56,803 bases of DNA from an uncultured Dehalococcoidia bacterium (GCA_964418365.1 CAYQLM010000002.1:40555-97357), one strand, 5' to 3'. Shown: positions 33,799-43,375, counted from the first letter of the stretch. Program-made: numbers and translations. Notes: a model not told the origin generated them from the sequence alone.

Positions 33799-34260
33799 CT
33801 CGGGGGCTGGGCCACGCAGCACGCCCATCATGCTGAGTGCTGGCTAGCTTTCGCCGCCAGGGAAACCTAAGCGGTAACTGCGAAAACAGCAGGCGCAAGT
33901 GGCTCGATCTTTGCCTTCTGAAGGGGCTTGTGTTGGCTTGGGTGCCATATCGAGGCACCATTAGCTTCCCCTCAACGACTAACGGTACGGCCACCGGCGG
34001 ACGAATTGTCTCTCAGCCGTCCTCGACCTGAAGCACAGTTCAGTAGTCGCCAATTGATTGAAACACTCTAGGAGGGCCGTTCAACTGGAGTATAAGAACG
34101 CATATTCGCATATGCGGTTGATCGTTCTCGGGCACCTGGGGTATGGTCATATGGGTTTGGGAAGACCCGCACAACGTCGCAAGGAGCGGTTATACCTATC
34201 GAGAAGCGCACGCCATTTGAGACGGGTGCATCGCCAGAGCAGGCGGAGCGCCCGGCTCTT

Positions 34261-35373
34261 TTGTTTAGGCCGCGCCGCCGGGCGCTCCGGCATCGCCCGC
34301 TCCTTCACGGCGTCGTCTTCGGGTTGATCTCGCTCAGCGTCTTTCTCTCGTACCACTTCTCGCCGGGCCTTGCCTTCCACGACCAGCAGGCGAGTACGCT
34401 CGTTGGCCTCTCGCTGCCCAGCGTAGGCCCCGCGCCATCTGCACATGCGTCGGTGCTCACCTCCGGCGCTCTTCCGCAGACGGTACATAGCCAATCGCTT
34501 GCCGGCGCTACGTTCAACGTGCCCGAGGCCTCCGCCCAATTGCCGACCGCCACGTCGGCGCCCAAGCTGCCGTTCCAGCTCTACTCGGTGGCCGATGGCG
34601 ATACGGCCGGCACAATCGCCTCCCGCTACGGCATCCAGCTCGAGTACCTGCTCGCGGCCAACGCCGACTTGCGCGACGGCGAGCTGCTCAACGTCGGCCA
34701 GATGCTCATCATCCCATCGTCGAACGGCATCCTCTATCACGTGGGGTACGGCGAGACCCTGAGCGACGTCGCCGCCGCGTTCGGCGTGACGGTGCAGGAC
34801 ATCATCGGCTGGGGCGGCAACGGCATCGCTTCGCCCGACCAGGTGGCGGACGGCCAGCTTGTCTTCGTCCCGAACGGTAGTCTGCCCATCGCGGCCGTCG
34901 CCGATCCGACAGGGGAGCCCCCCATATCGGTCAGCGCCCCGGTCGACGCGCCGCCGGTCGCCGCGGCCGACAACTCGCCGCCGGCTTCCGGGCCGAGCTC
35001 GAACCTCGGGCTGATCTGGCCCGTCACCGGGCCGATTTCGAGCTACATGGGCTCGTCGCACCCGCTGGGAATCGATATCGATCTCTTCTCCACGCCCTAC
35101 AGCGACGTCCACGCCGCCACCTCGGGGACCGTCATCTTCGCGGGTGGTGACGCGTGCTGCTCATACGGGTACTACGTCAGGATCTTGAGCTCCGACGGCA
35201 TCGAAACGCTGTACGCGCACTTCTCCTCGATCGCCGTCACCACGGGCCAGGTGGTGAGCCAGGGCGACGTGCTGGGAGTGTCCGGCTGCACGGGCAACTG
35301 CACCGGCAACCACCTCCACTTCGAAGTCATCGACAACGGCGTCCGCGTCGACCCGCTCTCCTACCTTCCGTAA
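34261..35373 (+). CDS. LysM x2 - M23 family metallopeptidase (cell-wall hydrolase)
   Basis: YSVADGDTAGTIASRYGI... and YHVGYGETLSDVAAAFGV... LysM repeats. ..GIDIDL..., ..YAHFSS..., ..GNHLHFEV.. The start (TTG 34261) is uncertain. Confidence 0.8.
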   Translation: MFRPRRRALRHRPLLHGVVFGLISLSVFLSYHFSPGLAFHDQQASTLVGLSLPSVGPAPSAHASVLTSGALPQTVHSQSLAGATFNVPEASAQLPTATSAPKLPFQLYSVADGDTAGTIASRYGIQLEYLLAANADLRDGELLNVGQMLIIPSSNGILYHVGYGETLSDVAAAFGVTVQDIIGWGGNGIASPDQVADGQLVFVPNGSLPIAAVADPTGEPPISVSAPVDAPPVAAADNSPPASGPSSNLGLIWPVTGPISSYMGSSHPLGIDIDLFSTPYSDVHAATSGTVIFAGGDACCSYGYYVRILSSDGIETLYAHFSSIAVTTGQVVSQGDVLGVSGCTGNCTGNHLHFEVIDNGVRVDPLSYLP

Positions 35374-35486
35374 GCCGATCCCTCTCGGGACCGCCGCGCC
35401 CGCACGACGGCGCCAGCGCGCAATAGCTGGCCGATGCGGCCGGCAGGGCATTCATGCCAACTGACTGATAGGCCGTTTGGGGGCTA

Positions 35487-35515
35487 TTGACAGGTGTGGG
35501 GGGGGGGTGTAGGAT
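35487..35515 (+). promoter_or_regulatory. Sigma70-type promoter TTGACA-17-TAGGAT with a G10 tract in the spacer
   Basis: TTGACAggtgtGGGGGGGGGGtgTAGGAT. G run at 35498-35507. Confidence 0.55.
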
Positions 35516-35659
35516 CGGCTAGCTGGCGCGCGTTGGTGCCCAACGGCGCTCTGGCGACAGGGAGATCGTCTTCATGCGGGCTGCTATGAATGGTTCGGGG
35601 CGGGTCGGGTTTGTTCTTCGCGCGCTGGCTCTCGGAGTATACCTACTCGCGCCACGCTT

Positions 35660-36667
35660 GTGAGGGGGAAGGTCTTGGCAGTTTACAGGCTCGTATGGCG
35701 GTTGCTTCTGCTGAGCGTTGTATCCATTTCAGTTTCTTACTCAGCTTCTTACCAGTTTGGCGGTCTTCAATCGGCGAGCGCTGGCCACACGATTGGCGGC
35801 GGAAACTGCCTGAGTTCACCACCGACCTGCATTGACCAGTACCTCACCGTTGGCCTGTTGTCCAGGCAAGGCAGCTTTCGCATGAGGGATTTTCGCTTGG
35901 CAACGGATTGGAACACTGACGTTGAATACGAAGAGGCCCTCGACTCGGCAGAGTTCAATTGGGCGGTGGCCGTTGGTCCGCAGGCACCCAGTGAGCCAGT
36001 CGTCTGTTTATGCGATGATCTCTGGTCCCAAGCGTGGGTGGACAACCGATACTACAGCTGTCCATTCGACGGAGATCCCGCGGACGCATGCGATGCATCC
36101 GTCGGCTACACGTGTTTGATTGATACGCAGTTTCATACGACGTGCAATCCGGGAGGAACGGTGCGCTACGGCGGTGTGTATACATATCTGTCCAGCAATG
36201 ACTTCGCCCAACTCGGCATCCTTGCGAAGAAAAGGGTTCTCGCTCACGAGATGGGTCACGCCTTTGGGCTCGGACATCATAACGATTCTGGATGTCTAAT
36301 GCAGCAAAATACATCCCAATATGGCCCGCAGCCTTGTGATATAGGCACTGCGAATCCCAATGCCAGTCCGCTCGATTATCCCTGTGACGGTTCGTCTGCC
36401 AACTATGGTATTCGTTGCATTTACGATTGGTGGCGTGAACAACACGACGGCTCTGATTGCCTCAACCTAAGTCGAAATCATGGTACAGATAACGACGTCA
36501 AAGTCGTTGACATCCTGCTTGCCGTGAGAGCGTACAATTCGTACGCAGGAGAACCAAATTACAATCCGGACGCCGACTCAGACTCAGGGCGCGACGGGCG
36601 CGTTACTATTGCGGATATTCTGTCGGTGGTTCTACAGTATGGGAAGACCTGTAATCCGCTGACTTGA
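35660..36667 (+). CDS. Secreted zinc metalloprotease (metzincin HExxHxxGxxH) with dockerin-like C-terminus
   Basis: VLAHEMGHAFGLGHHND. C-terminus ..DNDVKVVDILLAVRAYN...DSGRDGRVTIADILSVVLQYGKTC. Lower GC than surroundings. Confidence 0.75.
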   Translation: MRGKVLAVYRLVWRLLLLSVVSISVSYSASYQFGGLQSASAGHTIGGGNCLSSPPTCIDQYLTVGLLSRQGSFRMRDFRLATDWNTDVEYEEALDSAEFNWAVAVGPQAPSEPVVCLCDDLWSQAWVDNRYYSCPFDGDPADACDASVGYTCLIDTQFHTTCNPGGTVRYGGVYTYLSSNDFAQLGILAKKRVLAHEMGHAFGLGHHNDSGCLMQQNTSQYGPQPCDIGTANPNASPLDYPCDGSSANYGIRCIYDWWREQHDGSDCLNLSRNHGTDNDVKVVDILLAVRAYNSYAGEPNYNPDADSDSGRDGRVTIADILSVVLQYGKTCNPLT

Positions 36668-37818
36668 GTCCGATGTTGAAAGCACGATCGATCCGACTCA
36701 TATTGTATGGCCTGCTTTCCGCGGGCGTCCTTGCTGTGGTGGCATTCGGAATTCTTACGGCGATCGGCCAAGAAGGTCCAGGGCCGGTATCAGACCAAGA
36801 GAAACAGCAACTGCAAGCTACGGCAGATTCCTATGACCTTCTGGCGCTTGCAGATTTTGCTCAATCACATGGCAATCCTTGCGATCTCGATGCTGCTGAG
36901 TCAAGCGTAGACTTGTTCAATCGCTACAGAGACTTGCCTTCTCTGGTCAATGATGTGGATGTTGTAATAGTCGGTGAAATGGGGCCATCTACCTCGGAGC
37001 TGCCTAAGCCAGGTACGCTTGCGAGTGATGTCTTGACAGCGGTACACGTCGGCGACGTTCTGAAGGGAACCGTGGTTGGCACCGACGTGCAAGTAGACAC
37101 GGGAGCAAGAGTAATGCGGCAGGCTGGCGCCTCCGTGCGAGTTAGCCTCGCAGAAATCGATCCGTGTTCGACCGGTGAGGCGGTGTTGTTCCTGCAACGG
37201 ACGGCGGAAGCGAGTGTCTATACATTGAACCTTCAAGGCTGGGCATCGATCAGCGCCGGGCGCATCAAAGAAACGCCAGCAGATGGCGTGCTGGATGCCT
37301 ATTCTGATTCGGCTGATCTAGAGAGAACAGTCAGCCAACTAGCGAATAACGCGGAAGCTCAGGGTCTACCTCGAGGTCGTCTCGTCTGCGAGTCTCAGCG
37401 CGATTCTCCAGATCGCATCGATCCTCTTGTCTGTCCCGGCGATTCGTTCAATCCAGTACAGACATTCGGACTTGACGGCGGCGTTGCTCAAATATTGGTG
37501 GTGGTGACCGACCCCGGGCCGAGTTCTCTGGCGATTAGTCAGGAGACATTAGCGTCGGCAGACTCCCGATCAGATGCCATTCTTTTGTCGCTTAATCTAG
37601 TCGCTGAACTGGTTCCGAGCGACCAAACACCAGATGACACAATTAGGGTCACGCTTTCACTTGAGCATCGCTTGGGAGAGCGAGGGACTGTCCAATTGGA
37701 TTACAGTCCAAGTACTGGTCTCATCCAAATTCCACAAAGCGGCGGCCAGTTCGAGGCACCCGCCTCGTTCCGGGAGGCGATGCAGGAATTCGTGGCGCGC
37801 CAGACAACCGCGGATTGA
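36664..37818 (+). CDS. Hypothetical membrane-anchored/secreted protein
   Basis: 384-aa ORF with TM helix LILYGLLSAGVLAVVAFGIL. Start may be ATG 36673. No family recognised. Low GC. Confidence 0.55.
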   Translation: MSPMLKARSIRLILYGLLSAGVLAVVAFGILTAIGQEGPGPVSDQEKQQLQATADSYDLLALADFAQSHGNPCDLDAAESSVDLFNRYRDLPSLVNDVDVVIVGEMGPSTSELPKPGTLASDVLTAVHVGDVLKGTVVGTDVQVDTGARVMRQAGASVRVSLAEIDPCSTGEAVLFLQRTAEASVYTLNLQGWASISAGRIKETPADGVLDAYSDSADLERTVSQLANNAEAQGLPRGRLVCESQRDSPDRIDPLVCPGDSFNPVQTFGLDGGVAQILVVVTDPGPSSLAISQETLASADSRSDAILLSLNLVAELVPSDQTPDDTIRVTLSLEHRLGERGTVQLDYSPSTGLIQIPQSGGQFEAPASFREAMQEFVARQTTAD

Positions 37819-37844
37819 GTTCATTTTGCGAGACTCGGCAAGAC

Positions 37845-39548
37845 ATGAATAGGGGATCACAGGTAGTTCGAACCGCCAAAGCTCTGTCCTTGGGCGTCCT
37901 TGGCATGTTTCTATTCATTACCTTTCTTTTTGATCATGATCGAGCAGCGGCGATGACCTTCACAGTAGTAAGTTCTGGCAATGCCTACAGCTGCGCCCTC
38001 ATCTCATCAGGCGGTGGCGTCCAGTGCTGGGGGTATAACGGGAGGGGGGAGCTCGGTATAGGCACGACGACGGCGCCCAACGATCAGAGCACCATTCCGC
38101 TTCCCGTCTGCGCCAGCGGCATCTGGAACGGAACAACATGCAATGGCGGTTCTGCCTTCACGGGTGTTTACGGTGTGTGGTCGGGACCGGCAGCGGATCA
38201 CAACTGCGCGACGGTGATCTACTACATCCTCGAGTGTTGGGGCAGTAATTCCGACGGGCAGTTGGGATCGGCAGGCAGCGGCCTGAACCCGGCCCTTGTC
38301 CAGTGCGCTGGCAACAGCTCGTACTGCAGCAGCGGCATCCTCGCCGGCATCACGGCTGTGGCTGCTGGGTACAACCACACCTGCGCACTAGACCAGGGAG
38401 GCAGCGTCTGGTGCTGGGGCAATAATGGGGCGGGCGAACTAGGAGACGGCACGACCGCTGGACGGAGCACCGCGTGGCGGGTGTGCGCCAGCGGTTCCGG
38501 CCAGGACTGCCCGAACGGCACCCCGCTGAGCGGCGCGGCGGCCATCGCGGCCGGAGATTACTACTCGTGCGCCCTAACCAACTCCGGTGGCGTGAAATGC
38601 TGGGGCAATAACGGGTATGGCCAGCTTGGGGACGGGACGACGACGAATCGCCTGCTCCCGGTGGCCGTCTCTGGTTTGAGCGGCGGCGTAAGCGCGATCG
38701 CAGCGGGCGAGACTGACGTCTGCGCGGTGTTGTCCGGTAGCGCAAAGTGCTGGGGGTACAACGGTGATGGCGAACTCGGAGATGGTACGCAGACCACAAG
38801 AACGACACCGGTCTCTGTATGCGCAACCGGCGCCTGGGACAGCTCGACCTCAAGCTGCTCCGGGGGGAGTGCGCTCAGTGGCGTGAGTAAGCTATCGGCG
38901 GGGAGCGGCCATACATGTGCTGTCATGACCTCGTCACCCTACGTGAAGTGCTGGGGCTCTCAGGCATTCGGACAGCTTGGCAACAGCGTTCAGAGTTACA
39001 CGAGTTTCGCTCTCAACCCTGTCAGTTGGACGGTCCCGAGCTGGGGACAGCCACAACCCACTGCCCTCTCCGCCGGCGGCCTGCACACCTGCGCCATCAT
39101 CTCTTCCTACACGGAATGCTGGGGCTGGAACGCATTCGGCCAAGTTGGCGACGGTACGGTCACCGATACGACCACCTGGGTCACGCAGGACACGGACAAG
39201 GACGGCTGCACCGATGGCCGAGAGCTGGGGCCGATTCACCTCTTCGCAGGCCAGCGTGACCCGACCAACTTCTGGGACTTCTTCGACACGCCTGCCAGCA
39301 ACAACGTGCGCGACCACAAGGTTACTCAGGATGACTACAACCGAGTGGCGGCGAGATACGGCACGAGCGGCGACCCGACGATCGATCCCCTGTCGCAGCC
39401 GCCACCAACGGGCTACCATCCTGCGTTCGACCGCACGTCCATCGGCCCGAACGCGTGGAACCTGGGACCGCCAAATGGACAAATTACCGTTGCCGACATG
39501 ATCGCTGTCCAAAACCAGATGAACGACGACTGCACCGGCCCGCCCTAG
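37845..39548 (+). CDS. RCC1-repeat secreted protein with DxDxDGC / dockerin-like C-terminal module
   Basis: Repeats ..AGxxHTCA...G.VxCWG.N..G(Q/E)LGDGT... C-terminus DTDKDGCTDGRELG...DPTNFWDFFD...NAWNLGPPNGQITVADMIAVQNQMNDDC. Confidence 0.8.
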   Translation: MNRGSQVVRTAKALSLGVLGMFLFITFLFDHDRAAAMTFTVVSSGNAYSCALISSGGGVQCWGYNGRGELGIGTTTAPNDQSTIPLPVCASGIWNGTTCNGGSAFTGVYGVWSGPAADHNCATVIYYILECWGSNSDGQLGSAGSGLNPALVQCAGNSSYCSSGILAGITAVAAGYNHTCALDQGGSVWCWGNNGAGELGDGTTAGRSTAWRVCASGSGQDCPNGTPLSGAAAIAAGDYYSCALTNSGGVKCWGNNGYGQLGDGTTTNRLLPVAVSGLSGGVSAIAAGETDVCAVLSGSAKCWGYNGDGELGDGTQTTRTTPVSVCATGAWDSSTSSCSGGSALSGVSKLSAGSGHTCAVMTSSPYVKCWGSQAFGQLGNSVQSYTSFALNPVSWTVPSWGQPQPTALSAGGLHTCAIISSYTECWGWNAFGQVGDGTVTDTTTWVTQDTDKDGCTDGRELGPIHLFAGQRDPTNFWDFFDTPASNNVRDHKVTQDDYNRVAARYGTSGDPTIDPLSQPPPTGYHPAFDRTSIGPNAWNLGPPNGQITVADMIAVQNQMNDDCTGPP

Positions 39549-39593
39549 GCGCGGCTTGTGCAGCCTCACTTAGGGCGACAGCTGCCGATAAGC

Positions 39594-40241
39594 CTACCCC
39601 CGGTACTCCAGCACCATCACCTTGGTCTCTTCCGGCAACGTGCTGCGTGTGACCGAAAGCTTGGGCTGGCGCTCCTCGTTCGCCGTCTTCGCGCCCATCT
39701 CCTTCAGGAAGCGGTCGAGCGGCTCCAGCTCGCCGTCCTTCGACGCCGGCGTCTTGTAGTGCATCGGGATCACCAGCTTCGGCTCGAGCAGGCTGACCGT
39801 CTCGACGGCCGCCGCGGCGTTGATCGTGCTGCCGCCGCCCACCGGCGTGAGCAAGATATCGACGCCCGACAGCTCCTCCGCTTGCTCGGAGGTCGGCACG
39901 TGGCCGAGGTCCCCCAGGTGGCAGATGCGCAGGTCGTCCATCTCGAACACGTACGCGGTGTTCTTGCCCAGCTTGCCGCCCTTCTCGCTGTCGTGGTACG
40001 TGGAGATGCCCACAATGAGTACGTCCGCGATCTCGAACTCCCCCGGGCCACGCACGACCTTCGGTGTTCCCGCCACGCCCGAGACGTTGCTGTGCGCCGG
40101 GTGGTCGTGGCTTACCGTGACGATGTCCGCCGCCGGCCGGCTGATGTTGTAGCCGGTGTCCTTGCTGCAAGGGTCCGTCACGACCGCGGCGTCGCGACCG
40201 CGCAGCCGAAAGCACGAGTGGCCAAGCCATGTGATCTCCAT
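39594..40241 (-). CDS. MBL-fold metal-dependent hydrolase (UPF0173-like)
   Basis: MEITWLGHSCFRL...VTDP...IVTVSHDHPAH. Confidence 0.8.
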   Translation of the reverse strand: MEITWLGHSCFRLRGRDAAVVTDPCSKDTGYNISRPAADIVTVSHDHPAHSNVSGVAGTPKVVRGPGEFEIADVLIVGISTYHDSEKGGKLGKNTAYVFEMDDLRICHLGDLGHVPTSEQAEELSGVDILLTPVGGGSTINAAAAVETVSLLEPKLVIPMHYKTPASKDGELEPLDRFLKEMGAKTANEERQPKLSVTRSTLPEETKVMVLEYRG

Positions 40242-40262
40242 CGCTCCACCTCCTCGATCAGC

Positions 40263-41483
40263 TTAAGGCGCGACGAACGTAAGCGCTACGTGATGGCCCC
40301 CGAAGCCATATGCGTAACACATCGCTCCTCGGACCGGCAGCCGGCGCGCTTCGCCGGGCGTGTAGTCCAGGTCGCAGCCCTCGGCGGGCCGGTCGAGGTT
40401 GATCGTCGGCGGGATCGTGCCCGTCTCGATCGCCTTCAGGCAGACGATCGCGTCGATCACGCCCGCCGCGCCGAGCGGGTAGCCGAGCATCGACTTCGGC
40501 GCGCTCAGTACGAGCCCCTTGGCGCCGTCGCCAAACACTAGCTTCAGCGCATCCGTCTCCAGCCGGTCGATTGGCTTCATGCTGGAGCCGTACGCGCAGA
40601 CGTAGTCGATCTCGCGCGCCACTCCCAGCGCCGCCTCGATAGCGCGTGCCGCTTCCCCCGCGCTGGGGAGCGCGACCGCCGGCTCAGTAATCGAGGCCTC
40701 GCCTACGAGCCGGGCGTAGATACGGGCGGCTCGCCGCCGCGCCAGCTCCTCGTTCTCCAGCACCAGCGCGGCCGCGCCTTCGGACATCACCATGCCGTCG
40801 GCCTCGGCGTCGAACGGTCGGCTCGCGCGCTCAGGCTCGTCGTTGCGCTTCGAGAGGATGCCCAGCGCGGCGAACGCCACGATGGTCGGCGGCGTGATGG
40901 CGGCGTCCGCCCCGCCTGCAATCGCCACGTCCACCTCGCCGCGCCGCACCATCCCGGCGGCGACGGCGATCGCGACGTTCCCGGACGCCCCGCCCGCGGC
41001 GAGGGTCAGTGCCGGCCCGCGTGCTCCCGTCGCGCCGGTCACCTGCGTCGAGGGCGTGTTGGCGAGCGTCCTGGGAGCGTAGCCCGCGGTGAGCGCCGCC
41101 GCGCCGCGCTCCTGGAACGTCCGCTGACCTTCCCAGGCCGAGCGGTCGCCCGGCCGCGCGCTGCCCATCACCACGCCGATCCGCCTGGCCTTTTCCGGCG
41201 TCATCTCGAGGCCGGAATCGCCCAACGCCTGCAGGGCCGCGTCCATCGCGAAGAGCGCCCCGCGCTCGATGTGCGCCGCTCGGTCAGGTGCCAGGTTCGC
41301 GTGCGGCGTGTAGCCCTGCACCTCGCCCGCGATGCGTACCGGGTACGGCGAAGCGTCGAACGCAGTGATCGCGCCGATGCCGCTCCGGCCCGCGCACAGC
41401 GCTTCCCAAAGCGAGGCGACGTCGCTTCCCAGCGGCGTCACTACGCCCATGCCGGTGATAGCGACGCCGTTTCCGTCAGGCAT
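40263..41483 (-). CDS. KAS II (FabF)-like protein lacking the Cys-His-His catalytic triad
   Basis: Collinear with FabF, but ATACTSG is AAGGASG, NAHGTST is CAYGSSM and KSMTGH is KSMLGY. The ATG overlaps the HIT stop (ATGCCTGA). Confidence 0.75.
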   Translation of the reverse strand: MPDGNGVAITGMGVVTPLGSDVASLWEALCAGRSGIGAITAFDASPYPVRIAGEVQGYTPHANLAPDRAAHIERGALFAMDAALQALGDSGLEMTPEKARRIGVVMGSARPGDRSAWEGQRTFQERGAAALTAGYAPRTLANTPSTQVTGATGARGPALTLAAGGASGNVAIAVAAGMVRRGEVDVAIAGGADAAITPPTIVAFAALGILSKRNDEPERASRPFDAEADGMVMSEGAAALVLENEELARRRAARIYARLVGEASITEPAVALPSAGEAARAIEAALGVAREIDYVCAYGSSMKPIDRLETDALKLVFGDGAKGLVLSAPKSMLGYPLGAAGVIDAIVCLKAIETGTIPPTINLDRPAEGCDLDYTPGEARRLPVRGAMCYAYGFGGHHVALTFVAP

Positions 41484-41958
41484 GCAGGCGCTCTCGGATT
41501 CGCTTGGCGAGCTCTGCCTGCTGCTCGATCGGCGCCGCATTGCGCCGGAAGCGCTCCTCGGCCTCGGCCCGCGAGAGCGCTGCCAGGTGCGGCGGCCCTT
41601 CACCGTACCCGCTTCCATATCGACGTGGCACAAGGTGCAGGTGCGCGTGCGGCACTTCTTGAAGGCTGACGACACCATTGTTCTGCCACAGCGTTAGCCC
41701 ATCCGGATCGAACGCGGCCACCATCGCCTGCGCGATGCGTCTCGCGTGGGTGATCAATGAGGTCGCCTCCTCGTCCGTCAGATCGAGCAGCGTCGGCGCG
41801 TGGCGGCGCGGGATGACCAGCGCCTGGCCGACTTCAAACTGCCGCGGGTTCACGAACGAGACGGTGAGATCATCCTGATCGATGACTGCCCAATCATCTC
41901 GTTCGCCGGCGACGCGCTCGCAGAAGACACAGGGGCCTAGGGGAAGCTCGAAAGGCAT
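41476..41958 (-). CDS. HIT-family (histidine triad) hydrolase
   Basis: HAHLHLVPR histidine triad motif. Confidence 0.8.
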   Translation of the reverse strand: MPFELPLGPCVFCERVAGERDDWAVIDQDDLTVSFVNPRQFEVGQALVIPRRHAPTLLDLTDEEATSLITHARRIAQAMVAAFDPDGLTLWQNNGVVSLQEVPHAHLHLVPRRYGSGYGEGPPHLAALSRAEAEERFRRNAAPIEQQAELAKRIRERLHA

Positions 41959-41964
41959 GCCCGC

Positions 41965-43047
41965 CTAGTCGCCGCCACTGACGGCGTGCGCCGCGGCTGC
42001 CTGCGCCCGTACCGGCCCGACAGGCACCCACTCGAGCGCCATCGCGCCCCAGACCAGCCCGCCGCCGAACGCGACGAACACAACGCGGTCGCCGTCGTGC
42101 AGCCGGCCTTGCTCGTTCGCTTCCTGCAGCGCCATGGGGATCGATGCCGAGGAGGTGTTCCCGTAGCGGTCGACGTTCACCATCGCGCGCTCTAGTGGCA
42201 GACCGAGGGCTTTCGCGGTTGCGTGGATGATGCGCATGTTCGCTTGGTGCGGCACTAGCAGGTCGATGTCCTTGACCGACCAGCCGGCTTCGCTGGCAGC
42301 CTCGCGTGTCGCCTGCTCCATCGCCTGCACGGCGAACTTGAAGATGCGCGGGCCGTCCATCCGGATGAAGTGGCAGCCCGGATCGGCGTCCGTCGGCCGT
42401 GCGCCCGGGCCGTGCGCGTAGAGCGCCCGCGCGCCGCTGCCGTCGCTGTGCAGCACAAACGAAGCCGGCCCGCCGCGGTCCGAGGCTTCGAGCACGACCG
42501 CGCCGGCGCCATCACCGAAGAGCACGCACGTCCCGCGGTCCTTCCAGTCCACGATACGCGACAGCACGTCGCTGCCGACGACGAGAACGCGTCGGTACAT
42601 GCCTCCTGAAATGAATTGCGAGGCTGTTGCGACGGCGGTGACGAAGCCGACGCAGGCCGCGTTGATGTCGAATGCGCCGGCGCGGCGCGCTCCGATCCCG
42701 TCCTGCACGTACGAGGCGACCGCCGGGAACATGCCGTCTGGCGAGGTCGTGGCGACGATGACGAGGTCCAGCTCCGACGGCTCGATCTCGGCTTGCGCCA
42801 GCGCCTGGCGCGCCGCCTCGATGCCCAGCGTGCTGGCGGTCTCGTGGTCGGCCGCGATGTGCCGTTCACGCACGCCCGTGCGCTCCTGGATCCAGGTGTC
42901 CGAGGTCTTGACCATGCGTTCGAGGTCGTGGTTGGTGAGTATGCGGTCGGGGAGATACTTGCCGATTCCGGCGATGCGGGCGCGAGTGGCCAAGGCGGTA
43001 TCGCTCCTACGCGCGGCGTCATGCCGCGACGAGAGCGAGTATAACAA
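41965..43047 (-). CDS. fabH: 3-oxoacyl-ACP synthase III
   Basis: ..ARIAGIGKYLPDR.., AACVGF (Cys), VPHQANMRI (His), GNTSSASIP (Asn). An alternative TTG start at 42993 with GGAG upstream is plausible. Confidence 0.9.
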   Translation of the reverse strand: MLYSLSSRHDAARRSDTALATRARIAGIGKYLPDRILTNHDLERMVKTSDTWIQERTGVRERHIAADHETASTLGIEAARQALAQAEIEPSELDLVIVATTSPDGMFPAVASYVQDGIGARRAGAFDINAACVGFVTAVATASQFISGGMYRRVLVVGSDVLSRIVDWKDRGTCVLFGDGAGAVVLEASDRGGPASFVLHSDGSGARALYAHGPGARPTDADPGCHFIRMDGPRIFKFAVQAMEQATREAASEAGWSVKDIDLLVPHQANMRIIHATAKALGLPLERAMVNVDRYGNTSSASIPMALQEANEQGRLHDGDRVVFVAFGGGLVWGAMALEWVPVGPVRAQAAAAHAVSGGD

Positions 43048-43082
43048 GAACGCGAACAGAGAACCTAGAAGGGCGCATCTTC

Positions 43083-43130
43083 GTCATTCTGAGCTGAAGG
43101 CTGCGGTGGGCAGCCGCAGGCGAAGAATCT
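43083..43130. repeat. REP-like element gtcattctgag-[CTGCGG..CCGCAG hairpin]-gaagaatct
   Basis: Related to 15213-15267. Confidence 0.5.
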
Positions 43131-43328
43131 GGCTGCTCTGTTATCGAGCATCGCGGCGACGGCAAAAACCGGGCGAATTTCGACCAACGCACAACGCTTC
43201 GCCATGAGCACTGAGATTCCTCCTCCTGAGGCGGACTGGTCGCTGGCGCTCGGAATGACAACGGAGCGCCTCGCCAAGCTCCTCCCTTGACACCCCTCGC
43301 GCCGCCCTGTTAGGCTGAAATCGAGCGG

Positions 43329-43355
43329 TTAGCACTCTAAGGACGAGAGTGCTAA
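43329..43355 (+). promoter_or_regulatory. CIRCE operator (HrcA binding site)
   Basis: Perfect TTAGCACTC-N9-GAGTGCTAA, 21 nt upstream of the hrcA ATG. TTGACA at 43287. Confidence 0.9.
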
Positions 43356-43375
43356 CGTAGATTCAGAATCGCGAT

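Noticed and set aside
33799-34260. c-di-AMP (ydaO) riboswitch or tmRNA/RNase P/SRP RNA in the rho-LysM spacer
   Set aside because: I could not find the conserved cores (GGGGA.CCA / CGGGGUGAA / CUAACCUCGUAAGC for ydaO, GAGGAAAGUCC for RNase P, or a tRNA-like 3' end for tmRNA). Only loose fragments are present.
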